Positions 9,472 to 18,889 of a stretch of 37,206 nucleotides of DNA are shown in pieces. The stretch comes from Flavobacteriaceae bacterium. Its GTDB lineage: Bacteria > Bacteroidota > Bacteroidia > Flavobacteriales > Flavobacteriaceae. Numbering within the stretch: the stretch's first letter is position 1; the number at the start of each line of letters is the position of its first letter. The notes under the pieces were generated by a model that saw nothing but the letters and a program-made list of their open reading frames with translations, searched no databases and was not told the origin of the DNA. Position numbers and translations under genes: made by a program. The stretch spans positions 33,631-70,836 of the forward strand of contig PACY01000048.1 of assembly GCA_002700405.1 (NCBI GenBank), written 5' to 3'.

Positions 9472-9933
9472 ATGGAGAGAGAAGAAATTTTTTCAAAAAC
9501 AATGAGAGCTGGTAGAAGAACATACTTTTTTGATGTGAGATCTACCAAAGCTGGAGACTATTATTTAACATTAACTGAAAGTAAAAAATTCACAAATGAT
9601 GATGGATCGTTTCACTATAAAAAACACAAAATTTATTTATATAAAGAAGATTTTAGTGAATTCAACAGCAATTTACAAGAGATGACTGATTATATCATTA
9701 AAGAAAAAGGTGAAGAAGTAATTAGTGAAAGACACCAAAAAGATTATCAAAAAGAAGATGCAACTACTGAAACTGTAACTGAAGAGCCTGAAAATGATGC
9801 AGAAGCAAAAAATGATACAGAAGAAACTTCTGATGAAAATAAAGAAAGTGATAAGTCTGAAAGTGATGATACAGCTAGTAAAGATGAAGATGATTCAAGT
9901 GAATTCACTGATGTTGAGTTTGAAGACATATAG
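9472..9933 (+). CDS. PUR-alpha-like (DUF3276) nucleic-acid-binding protein with acidic C-terminal tail
   Basis: 153 aa. MRAGRRTYFFDVRSTKAGDYYLTLTESKK...HKIYLYKEDF matches the bacterial PUR repeat. The last 65 or so residues are D/E/S/T-rich. Confidence 0.75.
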   Translation: MEREEIFSKTMRAGRRTYFFDVRSTKAGDYYLTLTESKKFTNDDGSFHYKKHKIYLYKEDFSEFNSNLQEMTDYIIKEKGEEVISERHQKDYQKEDATTETVTEEPENDAEAKNDTEETSDENKESDKSESDDTASKDEDDSSEFTDVEFEDI

Positions 9934-9983
9934 CCTATTATCTTAAACCTATTTTATCTGTTATTTACTCTAAATATTTTTTT

Positions 9984-12500
9984 ATGAGGTATCTATTATT
10001 GCTTTTATTTAGCTTTTTTTTGAATCTAAATGCACAGAATTCATCCTTAGATTTAGATTACTATTTTTCTAATCAAAATAATCTTTTTGATGAATCAATC
10101 CCAACTCCTGAGAATGTTATAGGGCATCAAGTTGGTGAATGGCATATTACCCATGATAAGCTAATTCAATATATGCAAGAACTTGCAAAATCATCTGAAA
10201 GGATAACAATTGAAAATAGAGGACATACATTCGAAGATAGGCCGCTAGTTTTACTTACAATAACCTCTAAAAACAATCATAAAAATATTGATAAAATAAA
10301 AAGAGAACATAAAGCTATAACAAACGGGGATAAAACAGTAGACTTGACAAGTTCACCTTTAGTAATTTATCAAGGATTCTCCATTCACGGAAATGAACCT
10401 AGTGGATCTAATGCAAGTTTATTGCTTGCATACTATTTAGCTGCCTCTAAAAGTGATTTTATAGAGAGTTTATTAGAAAATACTGTAATATTATTAGACC
10501 CTTCTTTTAATCCAGACGGATTACAACGTTTTGCATATTGGGCAAACACAAATAGAAATATGAATTTAAATCCAGATCCTAATGATAGAGAATATAATGA
10601 AGTATGGCCTGGTGGTAGAACAAATCATTATTGGTTTGATATGAACAGAGATTGGCTTCCTGTTCAACTTCCGGAGTCAAGAGCAAGAATTAAAAGTTAT
10701 AATGAATGGGTTCCAAACATCTTAACGGATCATCACGAAATGGGGACAAATGCAACTTTCTTCTTTCAACCTGGAATTCCCTCAAGAACTCATCCTTTAA
10801 CCCCAGCATTAAATCAAGAATTAACTAAAAGAATTGCTGATTTTCATGTAAAAGAATTTAATGAGATAGGGTCTCTATATTATTCTGAAGAAAGTTTTGA
10901 TGATTTTTATTATGGTAAAGGCTCTACTTTTCCAGATATTAATGGAGGTGTCGGAATATTATTTGAACAAGCAAGTTCAAGAGGACATATTCAAGAAAGC
11001 GCAAATGGAATCCTAACCTTCCCCTTTACAATTAAAAATCAATTCACTGCTGCTATTTCAACCCTAAAAGCTGGATTAAACCTGAGAGAAAGTTTATTAG
11101 AGTATCAATATGACTTCTATAAAGATTCTAGAGAAGAAGCATTAAAATCTAAAAATAAAGGAATAATCTTTGGTGACAGTAAAGATAGAGCTAAAACTAT
11201 CCATTTAGCAGAAATCTTAAAAAGACATGAAATAGATTTTTATGGAATTAAAAAAGATATAAGATATAAAGGTGTGAGTTATAAAAAGGATTACGCATTT
11301 GTTATTCCTAAAAATCAGAAAAAATCAAAACTAATTAATGCTATGTTTGAGTCTAGGACTGAATTCAAAGACAGTTTGTTTTATGATGTATCTGCGTGGA
11401 CGTTTCCCCTAGCCTTTAATTTAGATTATGATATGAATATTGATATGAATATTGCAGAAAAAACAAAAAATTCTAATATTCTTACGCTAAACAATGGAGG
11501 GGTAACAAAAAAGACAAACTATGCATATTTAATGGAGTGGCATGAATACTATACTCCAAAGTTGTTAGATGAAATTTTAAATAATAATATGATTGCTAAA
11601 GTTTCATTAAAAAGATTTAAAATAGAAGGAAAAACATTTGACTATGGAACAATATTAATTCCTGTTTTTAACAAAGAAATTGATAATACATATAAATTTC
11701 TTGATAAAATTGCTAAAGATAATTCTATAACCATACACGGAGTAGATACTGGAATTAGTGAAGGGATTGATTTAGGAAGTAATAACTTTAGGAGAATCAA
11801 TAAGCAAAAAATAGCCTTATTAGTTGGAGATGGAATTAACGCATATGATGCGGGGGAAATATGGCATCTATTTGATACCAGATATAATATTAATGTAACT
11901 AAACTTGATGTAAGAAATTTATCATCTGCAGATATTAATAAGTACACTACTATTATAATGCCTAACAGCAAAGGATTAAATATTAAAAACTCATCCAAAA
12001 TTAAAAAATGGATAGAAGACGGGGGTACACTTGTAGCTTATAAGAATTCTTTAAAATGGATTGAAAAAAATGATCTTGTAAAATATAATTTTAAAGAAGC
12101 TAATAGAACAGCAGAAAATATAAATTTTGAACAAAAAAGAGATTATTTTGGTGCACAAGCTATAGGAGGTGCAATATTTAATGCTAGTATTGATAGAACA
12201 CATCCAATTAATTTTGGATTTAAAAATAATACTATTTCACTTTTTAGAAATAGCACAATATTTATGGAAGCTGAGAAGGATAGTTACAATAATCCTATAA
12301 TATATTCTGAAAAACCACTATTAAGTGGTTATGTGTCTAAAGAAAATCTTAATAGCTTAAAACTAACTGTTCCTTTAAAAATCAATAAAATAAACAAAGG
12401 GAAAATTATTTCTATAACAGACAACACAAACTTTAGAGCATTTTGGTACGGTACAAATAAATTATTAGTTAATGCAATTTATTTTAGCGATCAATTCTAA
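9984..12500 (+). CDS. Secreted M14-family zinc carboxypeptidase-like protein (large, 838 aa)
   Basis: Signal peptide ...LNLNAQ. HGNEPSG (HxxE zinc ligands) and TDHHEMG (third His region). Long C-terminal extension. Confidence 0.8.
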   Translation: MRYLLLLLFSFFLNLNAQNSSLDLDYYFSNQNNLFDESIPTPENVIGHQVGEWHITHDKLIQYMQELAKSSERITIENRGHTFEDRPLVLLTITSKNNHKNIDKIKREHKAITNGDKTVDLTSSPLVIYQGFSIHGNEPSGSNASLLLAYYLAASKSDFIESLLENTVILLDPSFNPDGLQRFAYWANTNRNMNLNPDPNDREYNEVWPGGRTNHYWFDMNRDWLPVQLPESRARIKSYNEWVPNILTDHHEMGTNATFFFQPGIPSRTHPLTPALNQELTKRIADFHVKEFNEIGSLYYSEESFDDFYYGKGSTFPDINGGVGILFEQASSRGHIQESANGILTFPFTIKNQFTAAISTLKAGLNLRESLLEYQYDFYKDSREEALKSKNKGIIFGDSKDRAKTIHLAEILKRHEIDFYGIKKDIRYKGVSYKKDYAFVIPKNQKKSKLINAMFESRTEFKDSLFYDVSAWTFPLAFNLDYDMNIDMNIAEKTKNSNILTLNNGGVTKKTNYAYLMEWHEYYTPKLLDEILNNNMIAKVSLKRFKIEGKTFDYGTILIPVFNKEIDNTYKFLDKIAKDNSITIHGVDTGISEGIDLGSNNFRRINKQKIALLVGDGINAYDAGEIWHLFDTRYNINVTKLDVRNLSSADINKYTTIIMPNSKGLNIKNSSKIKKWIEDGGTLVAYKNSLKWIEKNDLVKYNFKEANRTAENINFEQKRDYFGAQAIGGAIFNASIDRTHPINFGFKNNTISLFRNSTIFMEAEKDSYNNPIIYSEKPLLSGYVSKENLNSLKLTVPLKINKINKGKIISITDNTNFRAFWYGTNKLLVNAIYFSDQF
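11430..11453 (+). repeat. Perfect in-frame 12-nt tandem duplication (GATATGAATATT x2) inside the M14 gene
   Basis: Read directly. It encodes DMNI-DMNI. Confidence 0.9.
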
Positions 12501-12501
12501 T

Positions 12502-12864
12502 TTAATGAATTCTTAGCCCATTCATAACTGTGTCTTCAGTAGAAATCAGTATTACATCTTTTTCATTTACAGCGCCTAAGACAAGACATTCACTCATAAA
12601 ATTTGCAATTTGTTTTTTAGGGAAATTTACAACTGCTATTATTTGTTTACCAACTAAATCCTCAAATGAATATCTATGGGTAATTTGAGCAGAAGAATTT
12701 AATATGCCTAGCTCTCCAAAATCAATTTTTAATTTATATGCTGGTTTAATTGCTTTAGAAAAAGACTCCGCAGAAACAATAGTTCCAACCCTAATATCAA
12801 TTTTCGAAAAATCTTCAAATGTGACTTTGTTCAAAACAGAACTATTATTTAGATCTATTAGCAA
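12502..12864 (-). CDS. CsaA-like tRNA-binding (OB-fold, EMAP/MetG C-terminal type) protein
   Basis: 120 aa. FSKIDIRVGTIVSAE...AYKLKIDFGE...QIIAVVNFPKKQIANFMSECLVLGA. The 12864 start is TTG and overlaps the upstream gene by 20 nt. An in-frame TTG at 12834 (NKVTFEDF...) would remove the overlap, so the start is uncertain. Confidence 0.7.
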   Translation of the reverse strand: MLIDLNNSSVLNKVTFEDFSKIDIRVGTIVSAESFSKAIKPAYKLKIDFGELGILNSSAQITHRYSFEDLVGKQIIAVVNFPKKQIANFMSECLVLGAVNEKDVILISTEDTVMNGLRIH

Positions 12865-13189
12865 TAAAACTCATTACAAATGTATATATAGCAAAAATTG
12901 ATGTACCCATCATTAAACCCACTCTAGTAATTCCCATGATATCATTTTCACCCAATCTTCTCATCAGCGGCATAGCTAACCCACCAAGAACTATAACAGT
13001 CAATAAAACAACAATATGAGAAATGGTTTTATTTTCATTTTTTAATCCTTTATTCATCAAAAGTATTAAAACTCCTAAAACTACAGGGATTAATGCAGTT
13101 ATAGCAGCGCCTTCAGAATCCAAATAACCCCATAATCCAAAAATAATTAATACTAAAGAATTAGTTAAACTTGCTTTATGTGCTTTCAT
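12845..13189 (-). CDS. Small integral membrane protein, about 4 TM, unknown function
   Basis: 114 aa with four hydrophobic segments and consistent codon usage. No recognisable motif. Confidence 0.55.
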   Translation of the reverse strand: MKAHKASLTNSLVLIIFGLWGYLDSEGAAITALIPVVLGVLILLMNKGLKNENKTISHIVVLLTVIVLGGLAMPLMRRLGENDIMGITRVGLMMGTSIFAIYTFVMSFIANRSK

Positions 13190-13222
13190 AATATATTTTT
13201 TTTTAAAATTACAACAATTTCT

Positions 13223-13230
13223 TAAATTTG
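13223..13230 (+). promoter_or_regulatory. -7 box TAAATTTG only 4 nt upstream of the ATG at 13235 (would give a leaderless or near-leaderless mRNA)
   Basis: Exact TAnnTTTG match, followed by TAAA and then ATG. Confidence 0.3.
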
Positions 13231-13234
13231 TAAA

Positions 13235-13795
13235 ATGGCAAGAACCCCTTCAAATATGGTTTCATTAGGTACTAAAGCTCCTAATTTTAATCTGTTAGAT
13301 GTTACATCTAACTCATTTAAAACACTTGATGAATTAAAAGGCGATAAAGGAACTGTTATAATGTTTATATGTAATCACTGCCCATACGTAAAGCACGTAA
13401 ATAAAACTATTGTTGAAATAGCAAAAAAATATCAACAATCAGGAATAAAATTTATAGCTATATCAAGTAATGATGTTTTAAATTATCCTGAAGATAGTCC
13501 TGAACTTATGAAAGAAAATGCAATTGAATATAATTTTTGCTTTCCCTACCTATATGATGAATCTCAGCAAACAGCATTAGATTATGATGCAGCATGCACA
13601 CCTGACTTCTACCTTTATGATGGTAATATGAAATTAGTATATCGAGGCCAGTTAGATGATTCAAGACCTGGGAATAATCTTTCATGTGATGGTAATGACT
13701 TAAATCATGCAATTGATTGCCTAATGCAAAATAAAGTGAACGATAAGCTGCAGAAACCAAGTATAGGATGTAATATAAAGTGGAAGCTTAGTTAA
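13235..13795 (+). CDS. Thioredoxin-fold (AhpC/TSA-redoxin-like) protein, cytoplasmic
   Basis: 186 aa. FICNHCPYV (CxxC) in a redoxin-like context. No signal peptide. The 3' end overlaps the convergent PPIase gene by 8 nt. Confidence 0.75.
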   Translation: MARTPSNMVSLGTKAPNFNLLDVTSNSFKTLDELKGDKGTVIMFICNHCPYVKHVNKTIVEIAKKYQQSGIKFIAISSNDVLNYPEDSPELMKENAIEYNFCFPYLYDESQQTALDYDAACTPDFYLYDGNMKLVYRGQLDDSRPGNNLSCDGNDLNHAIDCLMQNKVNDKLQKPSIGCNIKWKLS

Positions 13796-14720
13796 TCTCA
13801 ACCAACTCCACATCAAAAATTAAAGTTGCATTAGGCGGAATTATACCTCCAGCTCCCATTTCACCATAAGCTAAATTACCTGGAATTAAGAATGTTGCCT
13901 TCTCTCCAACACTCAACAAGCTTATACCTTCATCCCAGCCTTTAATAACCTGGCCTATACCAAGTTTAAACTCAATTGGTTCATTTCTTTTATAAGAAGA
14001 GTCAAAAACTGTTCCATCAAGTAATTGTCCCTTATAATGGACTTTAACTGTATCGCCAACTTTTGGTTTAGCTCCATTATTTTCTGAAATTATATTATAA
14101 CGTAATCCTGAATCAGTTATCTTAAAACCTTTTGAAATTTCAGCAATTTTATTATCAAGATCTAATTTTATTTTCTTCTCTCTTTCATCTTTTAGATTAT
14201 TAAACTGACTAAAGGAGTCTAATGAGTCGAAACTTTCAGCTTTACCTCCCACTCTACTTATTGTTAATTTTATGATTTCATCATCTTGTTCAATAGAATT
14301 TACTACTGGCATCCCATCTATAACTTTACCAAAAACAGTATGTTTATTATCTAACCAAGGTGTTTCTACGTGTGTTATAAAAAACTGACTCCCATTAGTT
14401 CCTGGGCCAGCATTAGCCATTGATAGAATTCCTTCACTATTATGTTTAAGATCGTTATGAAACTCATCATCAAATTTATATCCTGGATCTCCTGTTCCAT
14501 TTCCCAAAGGACAACCGCATTGAATCATAAAATCATTAATAACCCTATGAAAAATTATTCCATCATAGTAGGGAGTTCCAATTTCTTTATGAGAATTTTT
14601 TATTTTCCCTTCAGCCAGAGAAATAAAATTCCCTACTGTTCCAGGAGTTTTTTCATATTCTAATGAAGCAACAATTAATCCTTTAGTTGTTTCAAAAGTT
14701 GCATATATACCTTCTTTCAT
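13788..14720 (-). CDS. Dual-family peptidyl-prolyl isomerase: N-terminal cyclophilin fused to C-terminal FKBP
   Basis: 310 aa. Cyclophilin motifs: [15 protein letters not shown]...[11 protein letters not shown]...[18 protein letters not shown]...[12 protein letters not shown] motifs: [41 protein letters not shown]...[25 protein letters not shown]. Confidence 0.85.
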   Translation of the reverse strand: MKEGIYATFETTKGLIVASLEYEKTPGTVGNFISLAEGKIKNSHKEIGTPYYDGIIFHRVINDFMIQCGCPLGNGTGDPGYKFDDEFHNDLKHNSEGILSMANAGPGTNGSQFFITHVETPWLDNKHTVFGKVIDGMPVVNSIEQDDEIIKLTISRVGGKAESFDSLDSFSQFNNLKDEREKKIKLDLDNKIAEISKGFKITDSGLRYNIISENNGAKPKVGDTVKVHYKGQLLDGTVFDSSYKRNEPIEFKLGIGQVIKGWDEGISLLSVGEKATFLIPGNLAYGEMGAGGIIPPNATLIFDVELVEIN

Positions 14721-14772
14721 AATAAAAAATTTGAGCGAATATACAATTAATCGTTAAAATGAATAAATAAAT

Positions 14773-16965
14773 CTAATTTGCAAATTCACTTAAAAATTTT
14801 AGTCTATAGATTCTGAGCTCAATATCTTCATAATCTCCATCAAATTCACCCATAGCTTTTTCAATATCATCACTGTCAGATTCTATAAAATAATCGTATA
14901 GTTCGCTTTGCTGATCCTCATCTAAAATTTCGTCAATACAATAAGATATATCTAGCTTAGTACCAGAATAAACAATTGATTCCATTTCTTTAACAAAATC
15001 CTCCATTTCAATCCCTTTTGCAGAAATAATGTCATCAAAAGGCATTTTCCTGTCTACACTTTGAATTATATAAAGTTTAAGTGCTGAATTTGATCCAGAA
15101 CTTTTTACAATAAAATCATCAACCCTAGTAATATTGTTTTCTTCTATATATTTTAATATTAAATCAATAAATTCTTTACCATATTTATTCGCTTTTCCTT
15201 CACCAACTCCATGGATATTAGCCATTTCATCAATAGTTATTGGATATTTCAATGTCATATCCTCAAGGGATGGATCCTGAAATATTATATAAGGAGGAAG
15301 GTTTAGTTTATTTGCAATTTGCTTTCTTAATTTTTTTAGAATTGACATTAATTCTAAATCAGCAGTAAAATCTGATTTTGGTTGACTTAAAATTTTATCA
15401 TCATTTTTATATTCATGATCCTTAGAGATCATAAACTTTTCTGGGTTAGATAAAAATTTATTTCCTTTATCCTTAATTAAAATAGTACCATAAGATTCTA
15501 TATTTCTTTCTAATAAACCTGATACAACTAGCTGCCTTATTAATCCTATCCAAAATGGTTTTTGAAAATCTTTACCATTGCCAAAAAATTCCTTTTCATT
15601 TAACTTGTGAGATTTAATTATAGCTGTTTCATTGCCAAGCAAAATATCTGTTAATTCCTTGGCTTTATAAATCTGTTTAGTTTCATTAATAAGATTAAGC
15701 AATAAAATAATTTGATTTTTTACATCTATTTTTTTCTTAGGATTAACCATATTGTCATCTAGCATTCCTCCTTCACCTTTTTCATTATCAAATTCTTCAC
15801 CAAAATAATTAAGCAAATACTTTCTTCTGGAAATAGATGTTTCACAATAAGAAACCATTTCTTCAAGTAATAATGAAGATAGCTGTTGTTCAGAATTAGG
15901 TTTTGATGTAATAAATTTTTCGAGTTTTTCAATATCCTTATAAGAATAAAAAGCTAAACAATGTCCCTCTCCTCCATCTCTTCCTGCTCTACCGGTTTCT
16001 TGATAATATCCTTCTAAACTTTTTGGGACATCATAATGAATCACAAATCTTATATTAGGTTTGTCAATACCCATTCCAAAGGCAATTGTAGCAACAACAA
16101 CATCAACATCTTCTTTTAAAAAAGAATCCTGATTATCAGATCTTGTCTTGGAGTCTAATCCTGCATGATAATGCAACGCTTTTATATCATTAAGCTGTAA
16201 TAAATTAGTTATTTCTTCAACTTTTTTTCTGCTTAAACAGTATATAATTCCTGATTTATTATTGTTTTTCTTAATAAATTTAATAAGATCTGAATTTACC
16301 GTGTCATTCTTATAGCGCACTTCATAAAATAGATTTGGTCTATTAAATGATGCCTTAAAAATCTTCGCATCAGAAATATTTAAATTTTTTAATATATCTG
16401 ACTGAACTTTAGGTGTTGCTGTTGCAGTAAGAGCAATAATAGGAATGTTGTTTTGAATTTTATCAGCTATTAACCTAAGATTTCTATATTCTGGCCTAAA
16501 ATCATGTCCCCATTCACTTATACAATGAGCCTCATCTACAGCTATTAGAGAAATATTAATTGATTTAAGAAAATCTATGTTAGAATCCTTTGAAAGTGAT
16601 TCTGGAGCCATATATAAGAGCTTAGTAATTCCATTTTTTACATCAGCCTTAACATTTTCCTGCTGATCTTTTGTTAACGAAGAATTTAATACGTGTGCTA
16701 TTCCATCTACATTAGAGAACCCTCTAATATGATCCACTTGATTTTTCATTAGTGCAATAAGAGGTGAAACAACAATTGCAGTACCTTCTTTTATAAGAGC
16801 TGGCAATTGATAACACAAAGATTTACCACCACCTGTTGGCATGACAACAAAAGTGTCCTTATTTTCACATATACTGGCTATTACTTGCTTTTGGAGTCCT
16901 TTAAATTCATCAAAACCAAAAAATTTTTTTAATGAATCATAGATAAGGTTATCGTTGATTTTCAT
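14773..16965 (-). CDS. recQ: ATP-dependent DNA helicase RecQ
   Basis: 730 aa. MPTGGGKSLCYQLPA (Walker A), AVDEAHCISEWGHDFRPEY (DEAH), TATAT, RQC/zinc region and HRDC-like PPYIIFQDPSLEDM. Confidence 0.92.
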   Translation of the reverse strand: MKINDNLIYDSLKKFFGFDEFKGLQKQVIASICENKDTFVVMPTGGGKSLCYQLPALIKEGTAIVVSPLIALMKNQVDHIRGFSNVDGIAHVLNSSLTKDQQENVKADVKNGITKLLYMAPESLSKDSNIDFLKSINISLIAVDEAHCISEWGHDFRPEYRNLRLIADKIQNNIPIIALTATATPKVQSDILKNLNISDAKIFKASFNRPNLFYEVRYKNDTVNSDLIKFIKKNNNKSGIIYCLSRKKVEEITNLLQLNDIKALHYHAGLDSKTRSDNQDSFLKEDVDVVVATIAFGMGIDKPNIRFVIHYDVPKSLEGYYQETGRAGRDGGEGHCLAFYSYKDIEKLEKFITSKPNSEQQLSSLLLEEMVSYCETSISRRKYLLNYFGEEFDNEKGEGGMLDDNMVNPKKKIDVKNQIILLLNLINETKQIYKAKELTDILLGNETAIIKSHKLNEKEFFGNGKDFQKPFWIGLIRQLVVSGLLERNIESYGTILIKDKGNKFLSNPEKFMISKDHEYKNDDKILSQPKSDFTADLELMSILKKLRKQIANKLNLPPYIIFQDPSLEDMTLKYPITIDEMANIHGVGEGKANKYGKEFIDLILKYIEENNITRVDDFIVKSSGSNSALKLYIIQSVDRKMPFDDIISAKGIEMEDFVKEMESIVYSGTKLDISYCIDEILDEDQQSELYDYFIESDSDDIEKAMGEFDGDYEDIELRIYRLKFLSEFAN

Positions 16966-17117
16966 TTAATCACTATAGTATATCATTTTTTATACTACTA
17001 TTAAGATAAGATATTATGATAATTTTAAGAAATTCTTTAGTAAAAATTTTGTTTTTTTGTATAATAAAATGCATTTGAAATTTTAACTCAATTTATTGGA
17101 TGCAGAAATAATAAATT

Positions 17118-18083
17118 TTGAAAGAAATAAATTCTGTTTTAAGTTTTGCTAAAGAGACTATTGAGCTTCAAGCAAGTAGTATTAAAAATCTATCTAAACT
17201 GCTAAATAAAGATTTTGAAAAGGCAGTAAACTTAATTAGTAAATCAAAAGGAAGAGTAATTGTCAGTGGTATAGGGAAAAGTGCTATTATTGCTCAAAAA
17301 ATTGTAGCAACATTTAATTCTACTGGAACCCCTTCAATTTTTATGCATGCTGCTGATGCAATTCATGGAGATTTAGGGCTAATTCAAGAACATGACATAA
17401 TTATCTGTATTTCTAAAAGCGGGAATACTCCTGAGATAAAAGCATTAGTTCCTTATATAAAAAAAACCTCAAATAAACTTATAGCTATAACAGGTGAAAC
17501 CAATAGTTATTTGTCTGAAAAATCAGATATTGTAATTAACAGCTATGTAGATACAGAAGCATGTCCTAATAATCTAGCTCCTACTACAAGCACTACCGCT
17601 CAACTTGTTATAGGTGATGCAATTGCTGTTTGTTTAGTAAAATTAAGAGGGTTTTCATCAAATGATTTTGCAAAATATCATCCTGGAGGAAGTCTAGGAA
17701 AAAGGTTATTCTTAAAGGTTGAAGATGTAATAAACTCAAAAGCTCTTCCCAAAGTAGATACTTCAGACTTAATGAAAGATGTTATTATTGAAATCTCCAA
17801 TAAAATGTTGGGGATTGCAGTTGTAATAGAGGAAAACAAAATTATTGGTGTAATAACTGATGGTGACCTAAGACGTCAATTGCTAAAAAGCCAAGATATA
17901 TCTAAAGTTAAAGCTCATGAAATAATGAGTAAAAATCCTAAAATAATAAGTAAAAATATGCTTGCAACAGAAGCTTTATCTATTATGAAGACAAACAAAA
18001 TATCCCAGTTAATTGTAGCTGAAAAAAATAAATATGTTGGGGTTTTGCATATCCAAAGTCTAATTAAAGAAGGTATAGTATAG
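17118..18083 (+). CDS. kdsD: Arabinose-5-phosphate isomerase (KpsF/GutQ/KdsD; SIS domain plus tandem CBS)
   Basis: 321 aa, TTG start. GRVIVSGIGKSAIIAQKIVATFNSTGTPS...ISKSGNTPE...TTSTTAQLVIGDA, then two CBS repeats. Confidence 0.88.
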   Translation: MKEINSVLSFAKETIELQASSIKNLSKLLNKDFEKAVNLISKSKGRVIVSGIGKSAIIAQKIVATFNSTGTPSIFMHAADAIHGDLGLIQEHDIIICISKSGNTPEIKALVPYIKKTSNKLIAITGETNSYLSEKSDIVINSYVDTEACPNNLAPTTSTTAQLVIGDAIAVCLVKLRGFSSNDFAKYHPGGSLGKRLFLKVEDVINSKALPKVDTSDLMKDVIIEISNKMLGIAVVIEENKIIGVITDGDLRRQLLKSQDISKVKAHEIMSKNPKIISKNMLATEALSIMKTNKISQLIVAEKNKYVGVLHIQSLIKEGIV

Positions 18084-18889
18084 TGAACAACAATCAAGTT
18101 GATAACATGTCATTTTTGGAACATCTTGAAGAATTAAGATGGCATATCCTTAGATCAATGTTTGCAATTATAATAACAGGATTTGCTTGCTTTATAATGA
18201 AGGATTTTATATTTGACACCATAATATTTGGACCAAAAAACATGTCTTTTCCAACTTATAGGTTTTTGTGTGAAACTGCAACTATTATTGGTGTTGAAAC
18301 TAACTTTTGTGGTACCGAATTTCCATTTGTTATTCAAAATAGAACAATGGGTGGACAATTTTCTGCTCATATATGGACATCTATAATCGGAGGGTTTATC
18401 TTATCTTTTCCATATGTTATTTACGAATTGTGGAAGTTTATAAGTCCCGGATTATTAGAAACTGAAAAAACCAAATCTAGAGGTTTTATATTTATTTGCT
18501 CTTTTTTATTTTTTCTTGGAGTTTTGTTTGGCTATTATGTTGTAGCTCCACTTTCAATTAACTTTTTAGGAGGGTATCAAGTTTCAAATGAAGTCTTAAA
18601 TGAAATTGACATTAGCTCTTACATTGCATTAGTTAGATCTTCTTGTTTGGCTTGTGGAATTATGTTTGAGTTGCCTATAATAATATTTTTCTTAACTAGA
18701 ATAGGAATAGTTACACCCAAATCATTAATAAAATATAGAAAATACGCGATTTTGATTGTTTTAACTTTTGCTGCAATTATTACACCTCCTGATGTAGCTA
18801 GTCAAATTATTGTTGCGATTCCTGTAATGATTTTATATCAAATAAGTATATTTATTTCTAGGTTAGTTTTAAAAAAACAAAATAGATGA
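18083..18889 (+). CDS. tatC: Twin-arginine translocase subunit TatC
   Basis: 268 aa. MSFLEHLEELRWHILRS and six TM segments. The GTG start overlaps the kdsD stop by 1 nt. An alternative ATG lies at 18107. Confidence 0.9.
   Translation: MNNNQVDNMSFLEHLEELRWHILRSMFAIIITGFACFIMKDFIFDTIIFGPKNMSFPTYRFLCETATIIGVETNFCGTEFPFVIQNRTMGGQFSAHIWTSIIGGFILSFPYVIYELWKFISPGLLETEKTKSRGFIFICSFLFFLGVLFGYYVVAPLSINFLGGYQVSNEVLNEIDISSYIALVRSSCLACGIMFELPIIIFFLTRIGIVTPKSLIKYRKYAILIVLTFAAIITPPDVASQIIVAIPVMILYQISIFISRLVLKKQNR

Noticed and set aside
9747-9929. 60-aa minus-strand Ser-rich ORF
   Set aside because: It is the antisense image of the GAA/GAT-rich acidic tail of the PUR-like gene. This is a compositional artefact. 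The tail itself is low-complexity coding sequence, not a repeat array.
11642-11998. 118-aa minus-strand ORF
   Set aside because: It is embedded antisense in the M14 peptidase gene.
12704-14663. ORFs 12704..12901 (+), 13506..13760 (-) and 14442..14663 (+)
   Set aside because: Each lies antisense to a motif-supported gene (the csaA-like, thioredoxin-fold and PPIase genes respectively).
14773-16965. RecQ helicase as a possible defence-system helicase
   Set aside because: It has canonical full-length RecQ architecture (helicase, RQC and HRDC). There is no adjacent nuclease, methylase or other defence partner. Its neighbours are housekeeping genes.
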